Shown here in pieces: positions 24,183 through 35,953 of a stretch of 64,000 bases of DNA. The stretch comes from an uncultured Actinomycetes bacterium (GTDB lineage Bacteria; Actinomycetota; Thermoleophilia; UBA2241): positions 113,730 through 177,729 of the forward strand of contig CAVYCN010000019.1 in assembly GCA_963767005.1 (NCBI GenBank). Direction: 5' to 3'. Under the pieces are notes generated by a model. It searched no databases and had not been told where the DNA came from. It worked only from the letters and a program-made list of their open reading frames with translations. The translations under genes were made by a program, and so were the position numbers. Positions within the stretch are counted from its first letter, which is position 1. Every line of letters starts with the position of its first letter.

Positions 24183-25184
24183 TCACGCGCCCCACCGCAG
24201 GCCGGGGGTCGCGACCGGCGCGTCCCAGAGCTCGGTGAGCTCGTCGTCGAGGCGCAGCAGGGTGACCGAGCAGCCCGCCATGTCGAGCGCCGTCATGTAC
24301 GGGCCGACGAGGTTGCGCGCGATCACGAGGCCGCGCTCGGCGAGCAGCCGGTCGAGCTCGCGATAGACGACGTAGAGCTCCATGAGCGGGGTCGCGCCGA
24401 GGCCGTTGACGAAGGCCAGCACGCGGTCGCCGGAGCGAAACGGCAGATCGTCGAGGACGGCCGCGGCGAGCTCGGCGACGACGGCGGCGGCCGGCTGCGC
24501 CGGCCGCCGCTCCCGCCCCGGCTCGCCGTGGATGCCCACGCCGAGCTCGATCTCGCCGGGCCCCAGGTCGAACGTCGGCGCGCCGACCATCGGCACCGTG
24601 CACGAGGTGAGCGCGACGCCCATGCTGCGCGCCGCGGCGTTGACGCGCCGGCAGAGGGCGGCGACCTCGCTCAGGCTGCGCCCGCGCTCGGCCGCCGCCC
24701 CGCAGATCTTCTCGGCCAGCACCGTGGCGCCCACGCCGCGGCGGCCGGCGGTGTGCAGGCTGTCCCGCACGGCCACGTCGTCGTCGATCACCACCGACTC
24801 GACCTGCCGGCCCGCGTCGCGGGCGAGCTCGGCGGCCATCTCGAAGTTCATCACGTCGCCCGTGTAGTTCTTGACGATGAGCAGCGCGCCGGCGCCGCCG
24901 TCGACCGCCTCGACGGCGGCCAGCACCTGGTCGGGCGTGGGCGAGGTGAAGACCTGGCCCGGGCAGGCGGCGTCGAGCATGCCCGGGCCGACGAAGCCGG
25001 CGTGCATCGGCTCGTGGCCCGAGCCGCCGCCCGAGACGAGCGCCACCTTGCCGGCCACCGGCGCGTCGGAGCGCACGACGAAGTCGGGTGCGTACTGCAC
25101 GCGCAGCCTGTCGCGATGGGCGGCGGCGAGGCCCTCGAGCGCCTCGCGCACGACATCCTCGGGCCGGTTGATGAGCTTCTTCAT
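24183..25184 (-). CDS. dhaK: Dihydroxyacetone kinase subunit K
   Basis: [32 protein letters not shown]. Confidence 0.95.
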   Translation of the reverse strand: MKKLINRPEDVVREALEGLAAAHRDRLRVQYAPDFVVRSDAPVAGKVALVSGGGSGHEPMHAGFVGPGMLDAACPGQVFTSPTPDQVLAAVEAVDGGAGALLIVKNYTGDVMNFEMAAELARDAGRQVESVVIDDDVAVRDSLHTAGRRGVGATVLAEKICGAAAERGRSLSEVAALCRRVNAAARSMGVALTSCTVPMVGAPTFDLGPGEIELGVGIHGEPGRERRPAQPAAAVVAELAAAVLDDLPFRSGDRVLAFVNGLGATPLMELYVVYRELDRLLAERGLVIARNLVGPYMTALDMAGCSVTLLRLDDELTELWDAPVATPGLRWGA

Positions 25185-25300
25185 CGCGACTCTCCTGTCG
25201 ACGGCCGCGCGCGCGGCGGCGGGCGCATGCGCAGCACGCGCCCGCCTGTCGGTTTACTTGGAAGCGCGGTCCGCCGTCAAGAAGGGACGCGGCCGCGGAG

Positions 25301-27467
25301 TCAGCCGCGGATGAAGACTCCGGGTGGGCGCCTGAACCGGGAGCTCGGCATGTCCGTCGTGCGCTCGGCCGGGAACGGGCGCGGCATGTCGGGATCCCAC
25401 TTCGTGAAGAGCCGCAGCCGGCGCCGCTCGGCCCAGGGGCCGACGAACAGCAGCAGGGCGACGCCGACCGCGCCGCCCGACGCCGGCAGGAGCGGCAGGC
25501 CCAGGCCGTGCGGCGTGCTCCCGCCGCCCTCGCCGCCGCCCGCTCGTCCGGAGGCCTTGAACGCGTAGCCCGACACGGTCTGTGCCGAGTTCCCGGCGGC
25601 GCCGGAGCCCGCGACCGCGGCCGGCGAGCTGCGCCGCCGGTGCCGCCGGCGCCGGTGACGGAGCCGTTGGTGTCGGTCGAGCCGCTGCCACGCCGCTGCC
25701 CGTGCCTTGGCCGGACCCGCTGCCGGTGCCGCCCCCCACGCCGCCGCCCGTGCCCGAGCCGCCGCCGGCGCCTGGGTCGTTGCCGCTCGCCGTGCCGTTG
25801 CTGTTCTTGCGGTCGCCGCTCGCGCCACCGCCGCCCGAGCCGCTCGACTTGCTCGGCGTAGGGCTCATACGCCGTGGTGAGCGATCGCAGCTCGGGAGCG
25901 AAGGCGCCACCGGCCGAGAATGAGATGATGTAGGCGATGCTCTTGCCGACCGTGAGGGGTGGGAACTCGATGGTCTCGACCACGGACCCGGCCACCGTGC
26001 CCGGCCCGACGCGAAACGACGTCTTCAGCGTTCAGGAAGCTCCCACCGTCGATGGTGTACGACACGCTGACGTTGCTGGTCGGGACGGGCCCGAGCACGC
26101 ACCGTACGCTCAGCAACTGCTTGCGGCCGGCGCGACCCAGATCGGAGCCCGGCCAGCCGCACCGATCCGCGCTACCTACCGTCCCGATCGTGACTACCCT
26201 CTGCTCGCCGGGATCTGCGACCACAAGGCTCCCGGCATTCGTGTCGCTCGATGGGCGCGACCTGCGACAGCGACGCCGGCGACGAGAGCGAGGCCGTGAA
26301 CCCCGTGGACAGCGCCGAGCCGGTGACGAAGTCGGCGAACACGCGATGCCCGGCAGGCGGGTCGTTCGCGCCGGTCGCCACGCCGAGCACGCGAGGGTAT
26401 CGCAAGCCGGCGTCGGCGATCCAGATCACGCCGTCGCCGCCGAAGCTGCCGAGCGCACAGGTCGGAGCTTGCAGCGTGTAGCCACCCGAGCTCGAGAACC
26501 GCCACGCGACGCTCGCCGCGCTGAAGCCACCGTTCTGCGCCGAGGCGTCGTAGTCGGCCGCGCGCACGACGATCACCCGCGCCGCCTGCCGGTCACAGAT
26601 CAGCATGTCGCCGTGTGCCGCGTCGAGCCGCTGGACCGACGTCGGGGTCTCGAGCTGATCGGCTCCGCAATGCCCGACGCGCCGCTGCCGTACTGCCACA
26701 CGATGCTCAGCGCGCTGAAGCCGGCGTCGGAGCCGGCACCCGTGTAATCGGCCGCGCGCACCACGATCACGCGGTGATTGGCGGTGTCGCAGATCGCGAC
26801 GTTGCCGTAGCGCGTGAAGTCGCTCCCGGTCGCACCCGCTATGGGCAGCCACTCCGCCGACGTCGGCGAGTCGAGGTGGTCCACGCCACTGCCGGGCAGA
26901 TCGGTGGAGCCGTACTGCCACACCACCTGGTCGCTTGCGCTCGCATCGATGATGAAGATCCGGTCTGCGCCCTCATCGCAGATCAGGACGAGCCCGTCGC
27001 GGACATCGCCGCCCGAGGCCGTCACGCTGCCCCCGGTGAGCGAGCGCGCCGACACCGGCGCGCTCGCACTGCCGGGGACCCTGTACGACCAGACGAGCGA
27101 ACCGCTGGGGGAGAACTCCGCGACCAGATGGTTCGCCGGATCGGCGACCAGCATGTCGCCGCCGCTCAGCGCCTGAGCGCTGACGGGGTCGGGCTGCGCA
27201 ACGCCGAGCTGCTCGATAGCCGGGGGAGGTGGCACCGATCGCCGCGAGCTCGCCGATCGTGGCGGCGAGGCCGCCGCCGCTCAGCTTGACGACGCCGTTG
27301 TCCTTGACGACCTGGAACGGCTTGCCGCCCGCGCCCTGCTTGAAGGCCACCGGGGCTGCCGCCGAGGCGACGGTGGGCACCGTCGCGACGACCACGGCCC
27401 CGATGGCCAGGCAGAGCGCGGCGGCGCCGATCGTGTGACGCATCACGGGTCCGAAGTACCCCCCCAT
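25301..27467 (-). CDS. Secreted NHL/beta-propeller-like surface protein with Gly-rich stalk and C-terminal membrane anchor (frameshifted)
   Basis: Signal peptide (ORF 26973..27467); repeats LVADPANHLVAEF, LICDEGADRIF, VVWQYG, ICDTANHRVI, IWIADAG; Gly-rich linker; hydrophobic helix followed by RRRLR. Confidence 0.65.
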
Positions 27468-27505
27468 TCTCAGGCGCAGCGGGATTTCGCGCCGACGTGA
27501 CAGTG

Positions 27506-27529
27506 CGCTGTATTTCTAATAGTATAACG
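27506..27529. promoter_or_regulatory. ModE-type operator CGCTGTAT-N8-GTATAACG overlapping a candidate modA promoter
   Basis: Matches the ModE consensus CGnTATAT-N8-ATATAnCG; AT-rich patch; GTGACA-17-TAGTAT promoter-like spacing. Confidence 0.7.
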
Positions 27530-27683
27530 CCCTGCCGACTCCCAAAGCCGAGGCCGGCACGGCCGGTCGCACGGGTCGTGTCCGCTCAGTGGACAGAGCG
27601 ACGAGCCACGCCGCGAGGGAAGCGAGCAGGGGCCGCTCCACGAGGAGCGACCTGGACAGTGGTCACGCAAGGAGGGGACTCAC

Positions 27684-28784
27684 ATGAAGCGCAGGTCATG
27701 GGTGCTGCTGGCCGTCGCCGCGACGGCCATGATGGTGCTCGGCGCGGGCGCAAGCCCGGCGTCGGCCGCCACGCAGCCCAAGTTCACCGTCTTCGCCGCC
27801 GCCTCACTCTACAAGGCGTTCCCGGCGATGGTGGCACCGTTCAAGGCCAGGTTCCCGCAGTACAAGCACGTGAAGTTCGTCTTCAACTTCGCGGGGACCA
27901 ATGACTTGGCGACCCAGATCCAGAACGGCGCCTACGCCGACATCTTCGCGGGCGCCAGCACCAAGTACAGCGACCAGCTGCTGTCGCCCACCGTCTACCT
28001 CAACACACCGCGCCTGTTCTGTCAGAACACGCTGTGCGTCATCGTGCCCAACGTGAAGGGTCACAAGGTCAAGAGCCTGGCCGACCTCGCCACGCCGAAG
28101 ATGGAGATCGCGGTCGGCACCTGGGGTACGAACGGCGTCCCGATCGGTACCTATACGCAGACGGTCCTGACCAACCTCAACGCCGATCCCGCCCTCAACG
28201 ACGCGACCTTCGCGACCGACGTCGACAACAACGCCACGGAGTACGGCGCCGTCGTCGCCAACGTGAACATGGTCACCGCCCTCGTCGTGCTCAACGAGGT
28301 CGACGCCGGCTTCGTCTACTACAGCGACAAGGTGGCCGCGGCCAACAAGGCCATCCAGATCTCGATCCCCTTCGCCTACCAGTCGAACCCCCTGCCGACC
28401 TACCCCATCGCCACGGTCAAGGGCAGCACCAAGGTCACCATGGGCAACCGCTTCATCAAGTTCGTGCTCGGCGCCAGGGGCCACGCCATCCTCAAGCGCT
28501 GGGGGTTCCTCGCCCGGCCGGTGCCGATCGTCTCCTCACTCTCGGCGACGTCCGGCGCAGCAGGGTCGACCGTGACCATCACCGGCACCAACTTCGGCAG
28601 TAACAAGACGGGCTACGTGCCGGGCGTGGTGAAGTTCGGGACCACCGTGGCGACCACCACGGCGTGGACTACGACCTCGATCACGGCCACGGTGCCGGCC
28701 AGCCTCACGGCAGCCACGTACAAGGTCACGGTCACCGCCGATGGCCAGGTCTCGAAGGCGACGACCTTCACGGTGACCCCGTAG
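27684..28784 (+). CDS. modA: Molybdate ABC substrate-binding protein with C-terminal IPT/TIG domain
   Basis: VFAAASL, FNFAGT, ADIFAGAS, VPIGTY, DAGFVYYSD; C-terminal PIVSSLSATSGAAGSTVTITGTNF...ITATVP. Confidence 0.88.
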   Translation: MKRRSWVLLAVAATAMMVLGAGASPASAATQPKFTVFAAASLYKAFPAMVAPFKARFPQYKHVKFVFNFAGTNDLATQIQNGAYADIFAGASTKYSDQLLSPTVYLNTPRLFCQNTLCVIVPNVKGHKVKSLADLATPKMEIAVGTWGTNGVPIGTYTQTVLTNLNADPALNDATFATDVDNNATEYGAVVANVNMVTALVVLNEVDAGFVYYSDKVAAANKAIQISIPFAYQSNPLPTYPIATVKGSTKVTMGNRFIKFVLGARGHAILKRWGFLARPVPIVSSLSATSGAAGSTVTITGTNFGSNKTGYVPGVVKFGTTVATTTAWTTTSITATVPASLTAATYKVTVTADGQVSKATTFTVTP

Positions 28785-28941
28785 GGATCTCCGCACGGCG
28801 GCATCGTCTGCGACAGCACACGGTCCAGCCCCTCAGTCCGCACCTGAGGGGCGGCGGCAGGCAGTCACGCGCGGCCTGCTGAAAGGCGCGGCGGCGGCGA
28901 TCACGGGGATCGCCGCCGCCGCGCTGCTTCTGTTCATCGGC

Positions 28942-29667
28942 ATGCCCGTGCTCGCCATCTTCCTGCGGGTGCCGCTGTCGACCCTGCTCTCCCAGTTCCA
29001 CTCGCAAGTGGCCCTCGACGCGCTGCGCGTCAGCATGAAGACAAGCCTCATCTCGCTGGCCTTCATGGTGCTGGCCGGCACGCCGGTGGCCCACCTGCTG
29101 GCCCGGCGGCGGTTCGCCGGACGGGCCGTGGTCATCACCCTGATCGAGGTCCCGCTCGTCCTGCCGCCGGCGGTGGCCGGCATCGCGCTCTTCGCGGCGT
29201 TCGGGCGCACGGGCCTGGTCGGGACCTACATCGCCGCGCACGGCATCCGCATACCGTTCACCTGGATCGCCGTGGTCATGTCGCAGTCGTTCGTGGCGAT
29301 GCCGTTCTACGTGCGCCAGGTGATCGCGTCGTTCGGCGCCGTCGACCAGCAGCTCGTGGGCGCCTCGCGGACACTCGGCGCGGGCGCGTTCCGCTCGTTC
29401 TTCCGCATCGAGGTGCCGCTGGCGCGGCAGGGCCTCGCCGCCGGCGCGGCTCTGGCCTGGGCCCGGGCGCTCGGCGAGTTCGGGGCGACCGCCCTGTTCG
29501 CCGGCGGCTTCGTCCAGGGTGTCACCCAGACGCTGCCCCTGGCGATCTACGCGCAGTTCCAGGGTGCGAACATCACATCCTGCCTGGCCATGTCGGCGTT
29601 CCTCGTCGCCGTCAGCTTCGCCGTGCTGGTCACCACCAAGATCCTCCTGAGCTGGCGGGAGATGTGA
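28942..29667 (+). CDS. modB: Molybdate ABC permease (true start probably further upstream)
   Basis: PLVLPPAVAG, WARALGEFGAT, TLPLAIY. Confidence 0.9.
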   Translation: MPVLAIFLRVPLSTLLSQFHSQVALDALRVSMKTSLISLAFMVLAGTPVAHLLARRRFAGRAVVITLIEVPLVLPPAVAGIALFAAFGRTGLVGTYIAAHGIRIPFTWIAVVMSQSFVAMPFYVRQVIASFGAVDQQLVGASRTLGAGAFRSFFRIEVPLARQGLAAGAALAWARALGEFGATALFAGGFVQGVTQTLPLAIYAQFQGANITSCLAMSAFLVAVSFAVLVTTKILLSWREM

Positions 29668-30857
29668 GCCTCGTGACCGCCCCCGACGACCTGCTTCACA
29701 TCGAGATCAGGCACCGCCTGCGGCGCTTCGAGCTCGATGTGAGCTTCGCCGCGGGGCATGAGACCCTGGCGCTCGTCGGGCCCTCCGGCGCCGGCAAGAC
29801 GTCGGTGCTGCGCGCTGTCGCCGGGCTGTACAAGCCCGACCACGCGCGCATCGAGCTCAGCGGTCGCACGCTCATCGACACCGAACGGCACGTGAACCTG
29901 CCACCGGAGAGCCGCCGGGTCGGCATGATGTTCCAGGATGGCGCGCTGTTCCCGCACCTCTCGATCGCCCGCAACGTCGCCTACGGCCTGCGGCCGCGGC
30001 CGCGCCGACGTCGCGAGCGTCGCGCCCGCATCGACGAGCTGCTCGCCCGCTACGGCATCGCCGAGCTGCGCGACGCGCGCCCGGGCCGGGTGTCGGGCGG
30101 CGAGCGTCAGCGAGCCGCCCTCGCGCGCGCCGTCGCCACCACCCCCGACATCCTGCTGCTCGACGAGCCGCTGTCGGCGCTCGACTCGGTGACCAAGGCG
30201 CGGGTGTCGCGCGAGCTCGCTCAGTGGCTCGCCGAGCTGGGCCTGCCGACCATCCTCGTGTCGCACGACTACGCCGACGTGGCCGGCCTCGCCGATCGCA
30301 TCGCCGTGATCGACGCCGGCCGCATCGTGCAGACCGGCACGGCGGCCGACCTGCAGCGCGCGCCGGCCTCGCCGTTCGTCGCCGCCTTCGTCGCCACCAA
30401 CTACTTCAGGGGCACGGCGCGCAGGGACGGCGACCTGACCGTGGTCGACCTTGCCCAGGGCAGGCGTTTCGTCTGCACCGCACCGGCCGGCGGCGACGTC
30501 GCGCTCGTCGTCGACCCGTGGGCCGTGCGCCTGGCGCGCGCCGGGGGCGAACCGGCCGCGGCCGACACGGTCGTGGACCCGACGGGAACGGTCGGTCCGA
30601 CCCGTGTGGCGACAGCGGTGGCGGCTACGGCGGCGTCGCTCAACGTCGTGCAGGGGACCGTCGCCCAGCTCGTCCGGATGGGCGGCGTAGTCCGCGTCAC
30701 CCTGAGCTCCGACCCGCCGGTCGTCGCCGAGCTGCCGGCGGAACGGGCGGACGCTCTGGGCCTCACGCGCGGTGCGCTCGTCGTCGCGACCTGGTCGCCC
30801 GAGGCCGCCCGACTGGTCGCAGCGGACGGCCCTGCCGCGGTGTCGGGCGACCGATAG
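29664..30857 (+). CDS. modC: Molybdate ABC ATPase with TOBE domain
   Basis: GPSGAGKT, SGGERQR, LLDEPLSALD. Confidence 0.88.
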   Translation: MSLVTAPDDLLHIEIRHRLRRFELDVSFAAGHETLALVGPSGAGKTSVLRAVAGLYKPDHARIELSGRTLIDTERHVNLPPESRRVGMMFQDGALFPHLSIARNVAYGLRPRPRRRRERRARIDELLARYGIAELRDARPGRVSGGERQRAALARAVATTPDILLLDEPLSALDSVTKARVSRELAQWLAELGLPTILVSHDYADVAGLADRIAVIDAGRIVQTGTAADLQRAPASPFVAAFVATNYFRGTARRDGDLTVVDLAQGRRFVCTAPAGGDVALVVDPWAVRLARAGGEPAAADTVVDPTGTVGPTRVATAVAATAASLNVVQGTVAQLVRMGGVVRVTLSSDPPVVAELPAERADALGLTRGALVVATWSPEAARLVAADGPAAVSGDR

Positions 30858-30905
30858 GCGGCGCGGCCCGCGTCGCCGGCCGCGCGCGGCGCAGCCGCGG
30901 GCACC

Positions 30906-31964
<1,059 letters not shown>

Positions 31965-32002
31965 CGCCGCACCCCCGCGCGTGTCGATGCGACCCGCACG
32001 GC

Positions 32003-32863
32003 TCAGCGACCGCCGAACCAGTGGCCGCGCAGGGCGACGAGCACGGCCAGCGACACCGCGAGCAAGACGAGGCTGAGGGCGATCGCCGCGCCCTGGTCGT
32101 TCTGCAGGGCGACGTAGACAGCGAGCGGCATGGTCTGCGTGCTCCCCGGCAGGTTGCCGGCGAAGGTGATGGTCGCGCCGAACTCGCCGAGCGCACGCGC
32201 CCAGCACAGCGCGACGCCCGCGCCGAGCGTCGGCGCCACGAGCGGCACCGTCACGCGCCGGAAGGTCGTCCAGCGGCCGGCCCCGAGGGTCGAGGCCGCG
32301 TCCTCGTAGCGCTGGCCCAGCGACCGCAGGCCGGCCTCGACCGTCACGACCAGGAAGGGCATGGCGACGAAGGTCTCGGCGAGGATGGCGGCGGTCGTCG
32401 AGAAAGGGATCGTGATCCCGAACCAGCGGTACAGCCACTCGCCGACCAGGCCGAAGCGGCCGAAGGCAAGCAGCAGGGCGACGCCGCCGACCACCGGCGG
32501 CATCACCATCGGCAGCGTCACCACGGCGCGCGCCACGGTGCGACCGGGGAACGGCACGCGGGCGAACACCCAGGCGAGCGGCACGCCCAGCACACACGAC
32601 AGCGCGACGGCCGCCACCGAGCAGACGAGCGAGAGCCGGAGCGCCGTCAGCACGCCGGGCTGGACGAGATCGCCGGGGATCTCGCGCCACGGGGCGCGCA
32701 CGACGAGGCCGATCACCGGCAGCGTGAGGAACGCGAGCGCCGCCACCGCGAGTGGCGTGAAGCCGAAGGGTGCGCGCCGCAGCGACCGGTGCCGGACGGC
32801 GGCGGGCCGGCCGGCGGCGACCGGCGCTCCCGACCCGGGCGCCTGCCCCCCGGAGAGCTCCAC
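32003..32863 (-). CDS. modB: Second molybdate ABC permease
   Basis: LPMVMPPVVGG, WARALGEFGATITFAGNLPG.TQTMPLAVY. Confidence 0.92.
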   Translation of the reverse strand: MELSGGQAPGSGAPVAAGRPAAVRHRSLRRAPFGFTPLAVAALAFLTLPVIGLVVRAPWREIPGDLVQPGVLTALRLSLVCSVAAVALSCVLGVPLAWVFARVPFPGRTVARAVVTLPMVMPPVVGGVALLLAFGRFGLVGEWLYRWFGITIPFSTTAAILAETFVAMPFLVVTVEAGLRSLGQRYEDAASTLGAGRWTTFRRVTVPLVAPTLGAGVALCWARALGEFGATITFAGNLPGSTQTMPLAVYVALQNDQGAAIALSLVLLAVSLAVLVALRGHWFGGR

Positions 32864-32884
32864 GGTCAGCTCCCTCCACTCAGT

Positions 32885-33709
32885 TCACTGCGCCGACGGT
32901 GGCCCGAAGCCGGCGCCGGCCAGCAGCGCCTGGGCCTGCGATCCAAGCACGAACGCCATGAACTGCTGCGCGGCCGTCGCGTTCTTGGTCGCCTTGACGA
33001 CCGCGATCGGGTAGCTCGCCACCGCCTGCGCGGCGGCAGGCAGGCCGATCGTCGTCACCTGGCTCCCGGCGCTCCTGGCGTCGGTCACGTACACGAAGCC
33101 CGCGTCGGCGTTCCCCGTCGACACCGACGTCAGGATCGAGGTCACATCGAGCGCCTCGGAGGCGACGTTCTTGAGGACCTTGCCCGAGTAGCCCACGCCG
33201 TACAGCGCGTCGAGGTTGCCCAGCACCGTGCGCGTGTACGTGCCGATCGGCACCGTCGCGTCGCCGATGACGAGCTTGATGCCGGGCGTGGTCAGGTCGC
33301 GCAGCGAATGGATGTGCGCCGGGTCGCACGCCGGCACGACCACGACGAGCTTGTTGGTGGCGAAGGTCCGCGGCGTGTCGATCAGGCCCTTGCCGGCGAG
33401 CTTGGTCCCGTACTTGGTGCTGGCGCCGGCGAAGACGTCGGCCGGCGCGCCCTGCTCTATCTGGGTGGTCAGGGTGTCGGTGCCGGCAAAGTTGAAGGCG
33501 AACGCCACGCCCGGGTGAGTCTTCTGGAAGTCCGCCGCGATCTGAGGGAAGACCTTGTTCAGCGAGGCCGCAGCGAACACGGTGAGCTTGACGGGGCTCG
33601 CGCTCGCACCCGAGCCCGACCCGGATGAGCCGCAGCCAGCCGCGATCAGGCCGACGGCGAGCACGAGCAACGCGATGAGAGCGTGCAGGACTGGATGCTT
33701 GACTGGCAT
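32885..33709 (-). CDS. modA: Second molybdate-binding lipoprotein
   Basis: IAAGC lipobox, VFAAASL, GAPADVFAGAS, VPIGTY, DAGFVYVTD. Confidence 0.92.
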   Translation of the reverse strand: MPVKHPVLHALIALLVLAVGLIAAGCGSSGSGSGASASPVKLTVFAAASLNKVFPQIAADFQKTHPGVAFAFNFAGTDTLTTQIEQGAPADVFAGASTKYGTKLAGKGLIDTPRTFATNKLVVVVPACDPAHIHSLRDLTTPGIKLVIGDATVPIGTYTRTVLGNLDALYGVGYSGKVLKNVASEALDVTSILTSVSTGNADAGFVYVTDARSAGSQVTTIGLPAAAQAVASYPIAVVKATKNATAAQQFMAFVLGSQAQALLAGAGFGPPSAQ

Positions 33710-33796
33710 GAAGACGGTCCCTCCTAGCGCGCAGTCCGCGTCGCCCCCAAAGGGGCCGGCCGGCGCCCGATCTGACGTCGGCGCCACGGCCGCGCG

Positions 33797-33820
33797 CGTT
33801 GTACGGAAGGCAGTATAGCG
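33797..33820. promoter_or_regulatory. ModE-type operator CGTTGTAC-N8-GTATAGCG upstream of the second modA
   Basis: Same 24-bp architecture as 27506-27529. Confidence 0.65.
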
Positions 33821-33854
33821 CGGACGTCAAACGCCGGGCCGCCCCGCCGCGGCG

Positions 33855-34740
33855 TCACCGACCCACGAGGCCAGAGAGGGCCGCGGGGAGCTCGGCGCGC
33901 GGCACGACGACGTCGGCGGCGTCGCGCGCGGCGGCATCGCCCTCGACCACGGCGATCCCGAGGCCGGCCCAGCGCAGCATGCCGGCGTCGGGGGCGCCGT
34001 CGCCGCAGGCGACGGCGCCCGCCGGCGACACGCCGAGCCGGGCGCACAGCCGCGCCAGGGCCCCGGCCTTGTCGGCGGCGGGGTGGTGCACCTCGTAGCG
34101 GCCGCCGGGCGCGGGGCTCACGGCCACGTCCGGACGTCCGAGAACCAGCTCGTCGAGCAGGCCGACGAGCTTCGACGGCACCCCGCCGACGACCAGCCGC
34201 GTCACCGCGACCCCTTCGAGCGCCGCTGCCAGGTCGGGCTGCACACGTGTGGTTGCGCGCGGAGCCGAGCGTCGCGCCCGCGAGCGCCGCGACCGACCGC
34301 GTGCTCACGAACGAATCACGGCGCGCTCGCCTCGCCGGCATCCCGTCCGCGTTGATCTCCTGCTCCCAGCGCGCGTCGTCGACGTAGGCCGTGACCGAGG
34401 CGCCGGCACGAAGCAGCGCCGCGGTGAGCGCGGCCGCGACGCCGGGCGGCAGGTCGAGCCGCTCGAGCCAGCGGCCGTCGTCGAGGTCGGCCAGGACGGC
34501 GCCATGGTAGGCGATGGCGTAGCCGCCGGCCAGCCCGAGGCGCTGCGCCCCCGCGCGAGTGGCCCCGACCGTCCGTCCTGTGCACAGGACGATCCGCAGG
34601 CCCGCCGCGCTCAGGGCGGCGAGCGCCGCGACGATCCCCGGATACGGCTCGCCGGCCTCGTCGACCAGCGTGCCGTCGAGGTCGCAGGCGGCCAGCGCGT
34701 GCGCGCCGGTCGGCCCCTCGGCTCCGCCGCCCGCGCTCAC
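33855..34740 (-). CDS. HAD superfamily Cof-like hydrolase (frameshifted)
   Basis: DLDGTL, CTGR, DKAGAL, CGDGAPD. Confidence 0.85.
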
Positions 34741-35912
34741 GGCGCGGTCTCGAGTACCCGCCGCGCGACGAGCACGGCCGGCTCCCCGATAAGGCGCTCG
34801 ACCGTGGCGGCCAGCGCCCGGGCCGCTCCCAGCCGGGCGCGAGCCGCGGCCTGGCCGTCGGGCTGCCCGTCGAGGTCGCGCAGCTTCGCCGCGAGGCGCT
34901 CGTCGAGGTCGATCACGACCGTGCCCCGGAGCAGCTTGTCGGCGAGGTAGAGCACCTCTGCCTCGCCGGGCAGCGGGTCGGGCGACGGCGTCAGCGACCG
35001 CCCCTCCCTCTCATTCTCAGCCTCTACCTGAGCGTGAAGGTCGATGTGACGGGCGACCAGGGGCGCGAGCCGGCGATAGCCGAGCTCGCGCAGCCGCGCG
35101 GCGCCGGCGGCGGCGTGATCAGGCTGCAAACGGGCGATATCGTGGAGCAGCGCTGCGGCCAGCAGGAGCTCCGTCTGCAGGCAGAGTCCGTGCTCGTTCA
35201 GTCGCCGCGCGAGCGTCATTGCCACGGCCGCGACCGCCCGCGAGTGGTCCACGACCGCCGGCGGCAGGCTCGCGTCGGCGAGGAGGTCCAGGCAGCGCTG
35301 CTCGTCGGGCAGCACCTCGAAGGCGACCTCGTCGCGGGCACGGCTGTAGTCGGCCGGCCGGTCGAGGTCGATCAGCGTGCCGGGATCGCCTGTCTCGACC
35401 TCGAGGGCGGCGGCGTCATGGGAGCCGAGCAGGTCGCGCAGCCCGCCGCGCGGCTCGTCGCCCAGGTCGGCAGGCAGACTGGCGCGGGCGATCAGCGGCG
35501 GGTGGCCGCGGCGGCCGGCGAAGACCGGATAGACCACCGGCGCCGGTCGCGCGAGCGCGGCCCGGGCGAGCCGCCCGACCGTCTCTGAGCGCACGAGAGC
35601 GCAGTCGACCGGCAGCAGGAAGACGCGCTCGACGCCGGCGTCGAGGCTCGCGAGGCCGGTGGCGACCGACGAGAACATGCCGCGCCGCCAGTCGGGGTTG
35701 AGGGCGGTCGGCACGCCGAGCGCCTGCGCGGCGGCGGCCACCTCGTCGGCGCGCCAGCCCACGACGACGCGCACGTCGTCGATGCCGACTCCGGCAAAGA
35801 CGGCGACGGCGCGGGCGAGCACGCTGCTCTCGCCGAGGGGCAGCAGCGGCTTGAGCTCGCCCATGCGCGACGAGCGGCCGGCGGCCAGCACGACGGCGGC
35901 GAGCCGGCTCAC
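34737..35912 (-). CDS. MocA-like nucleotidyltransferase fused to an HD domain (DVU_1551-like)
   Basis: VVLAAGRSSRMG.LKPLLPLG, GMFSSV, GRRGHPP; HS..VA, ALLHDIAR, YLADK. Confidence 0.85.
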   Translation of the reverse strand: MSRLAAVVLAAGRSSRMGELKPLLPLGESSVLARAVAVFAGVGIDDVRVVVGWRADEVAAAAQALGVPTALNPDWRRGMFSSVATGLASLDAGVERVFLLPVDCALVRSETVGRLARAALARPAPVVYPVFAGRRGHPPLIARASLPADLGDEPRGGLRDLLGSHDAAALEVETGDPGTLIDLDRPADYSRARDEVAFEVLPDEQRCLDLLADASLPPAVVDHSRAVAAVAMTLARRLNEHGLCLQTELLLAAALLHDIARLQPDHAAAGAARLRELGYRRLAPLVARHIDLHAQVEAENEREGRSLTPSPDPLPGEAEVLYLADKLLRGTVVIDLDERLAAKLRDLDGQPDGQAAARARLGAARALAATVERLIGEPAVLVARRVLETAP

Positions 35913-35953
35913 CGAAGGACGACTCCCGCGGCACTGGTCGCCGTCCCCACGGC

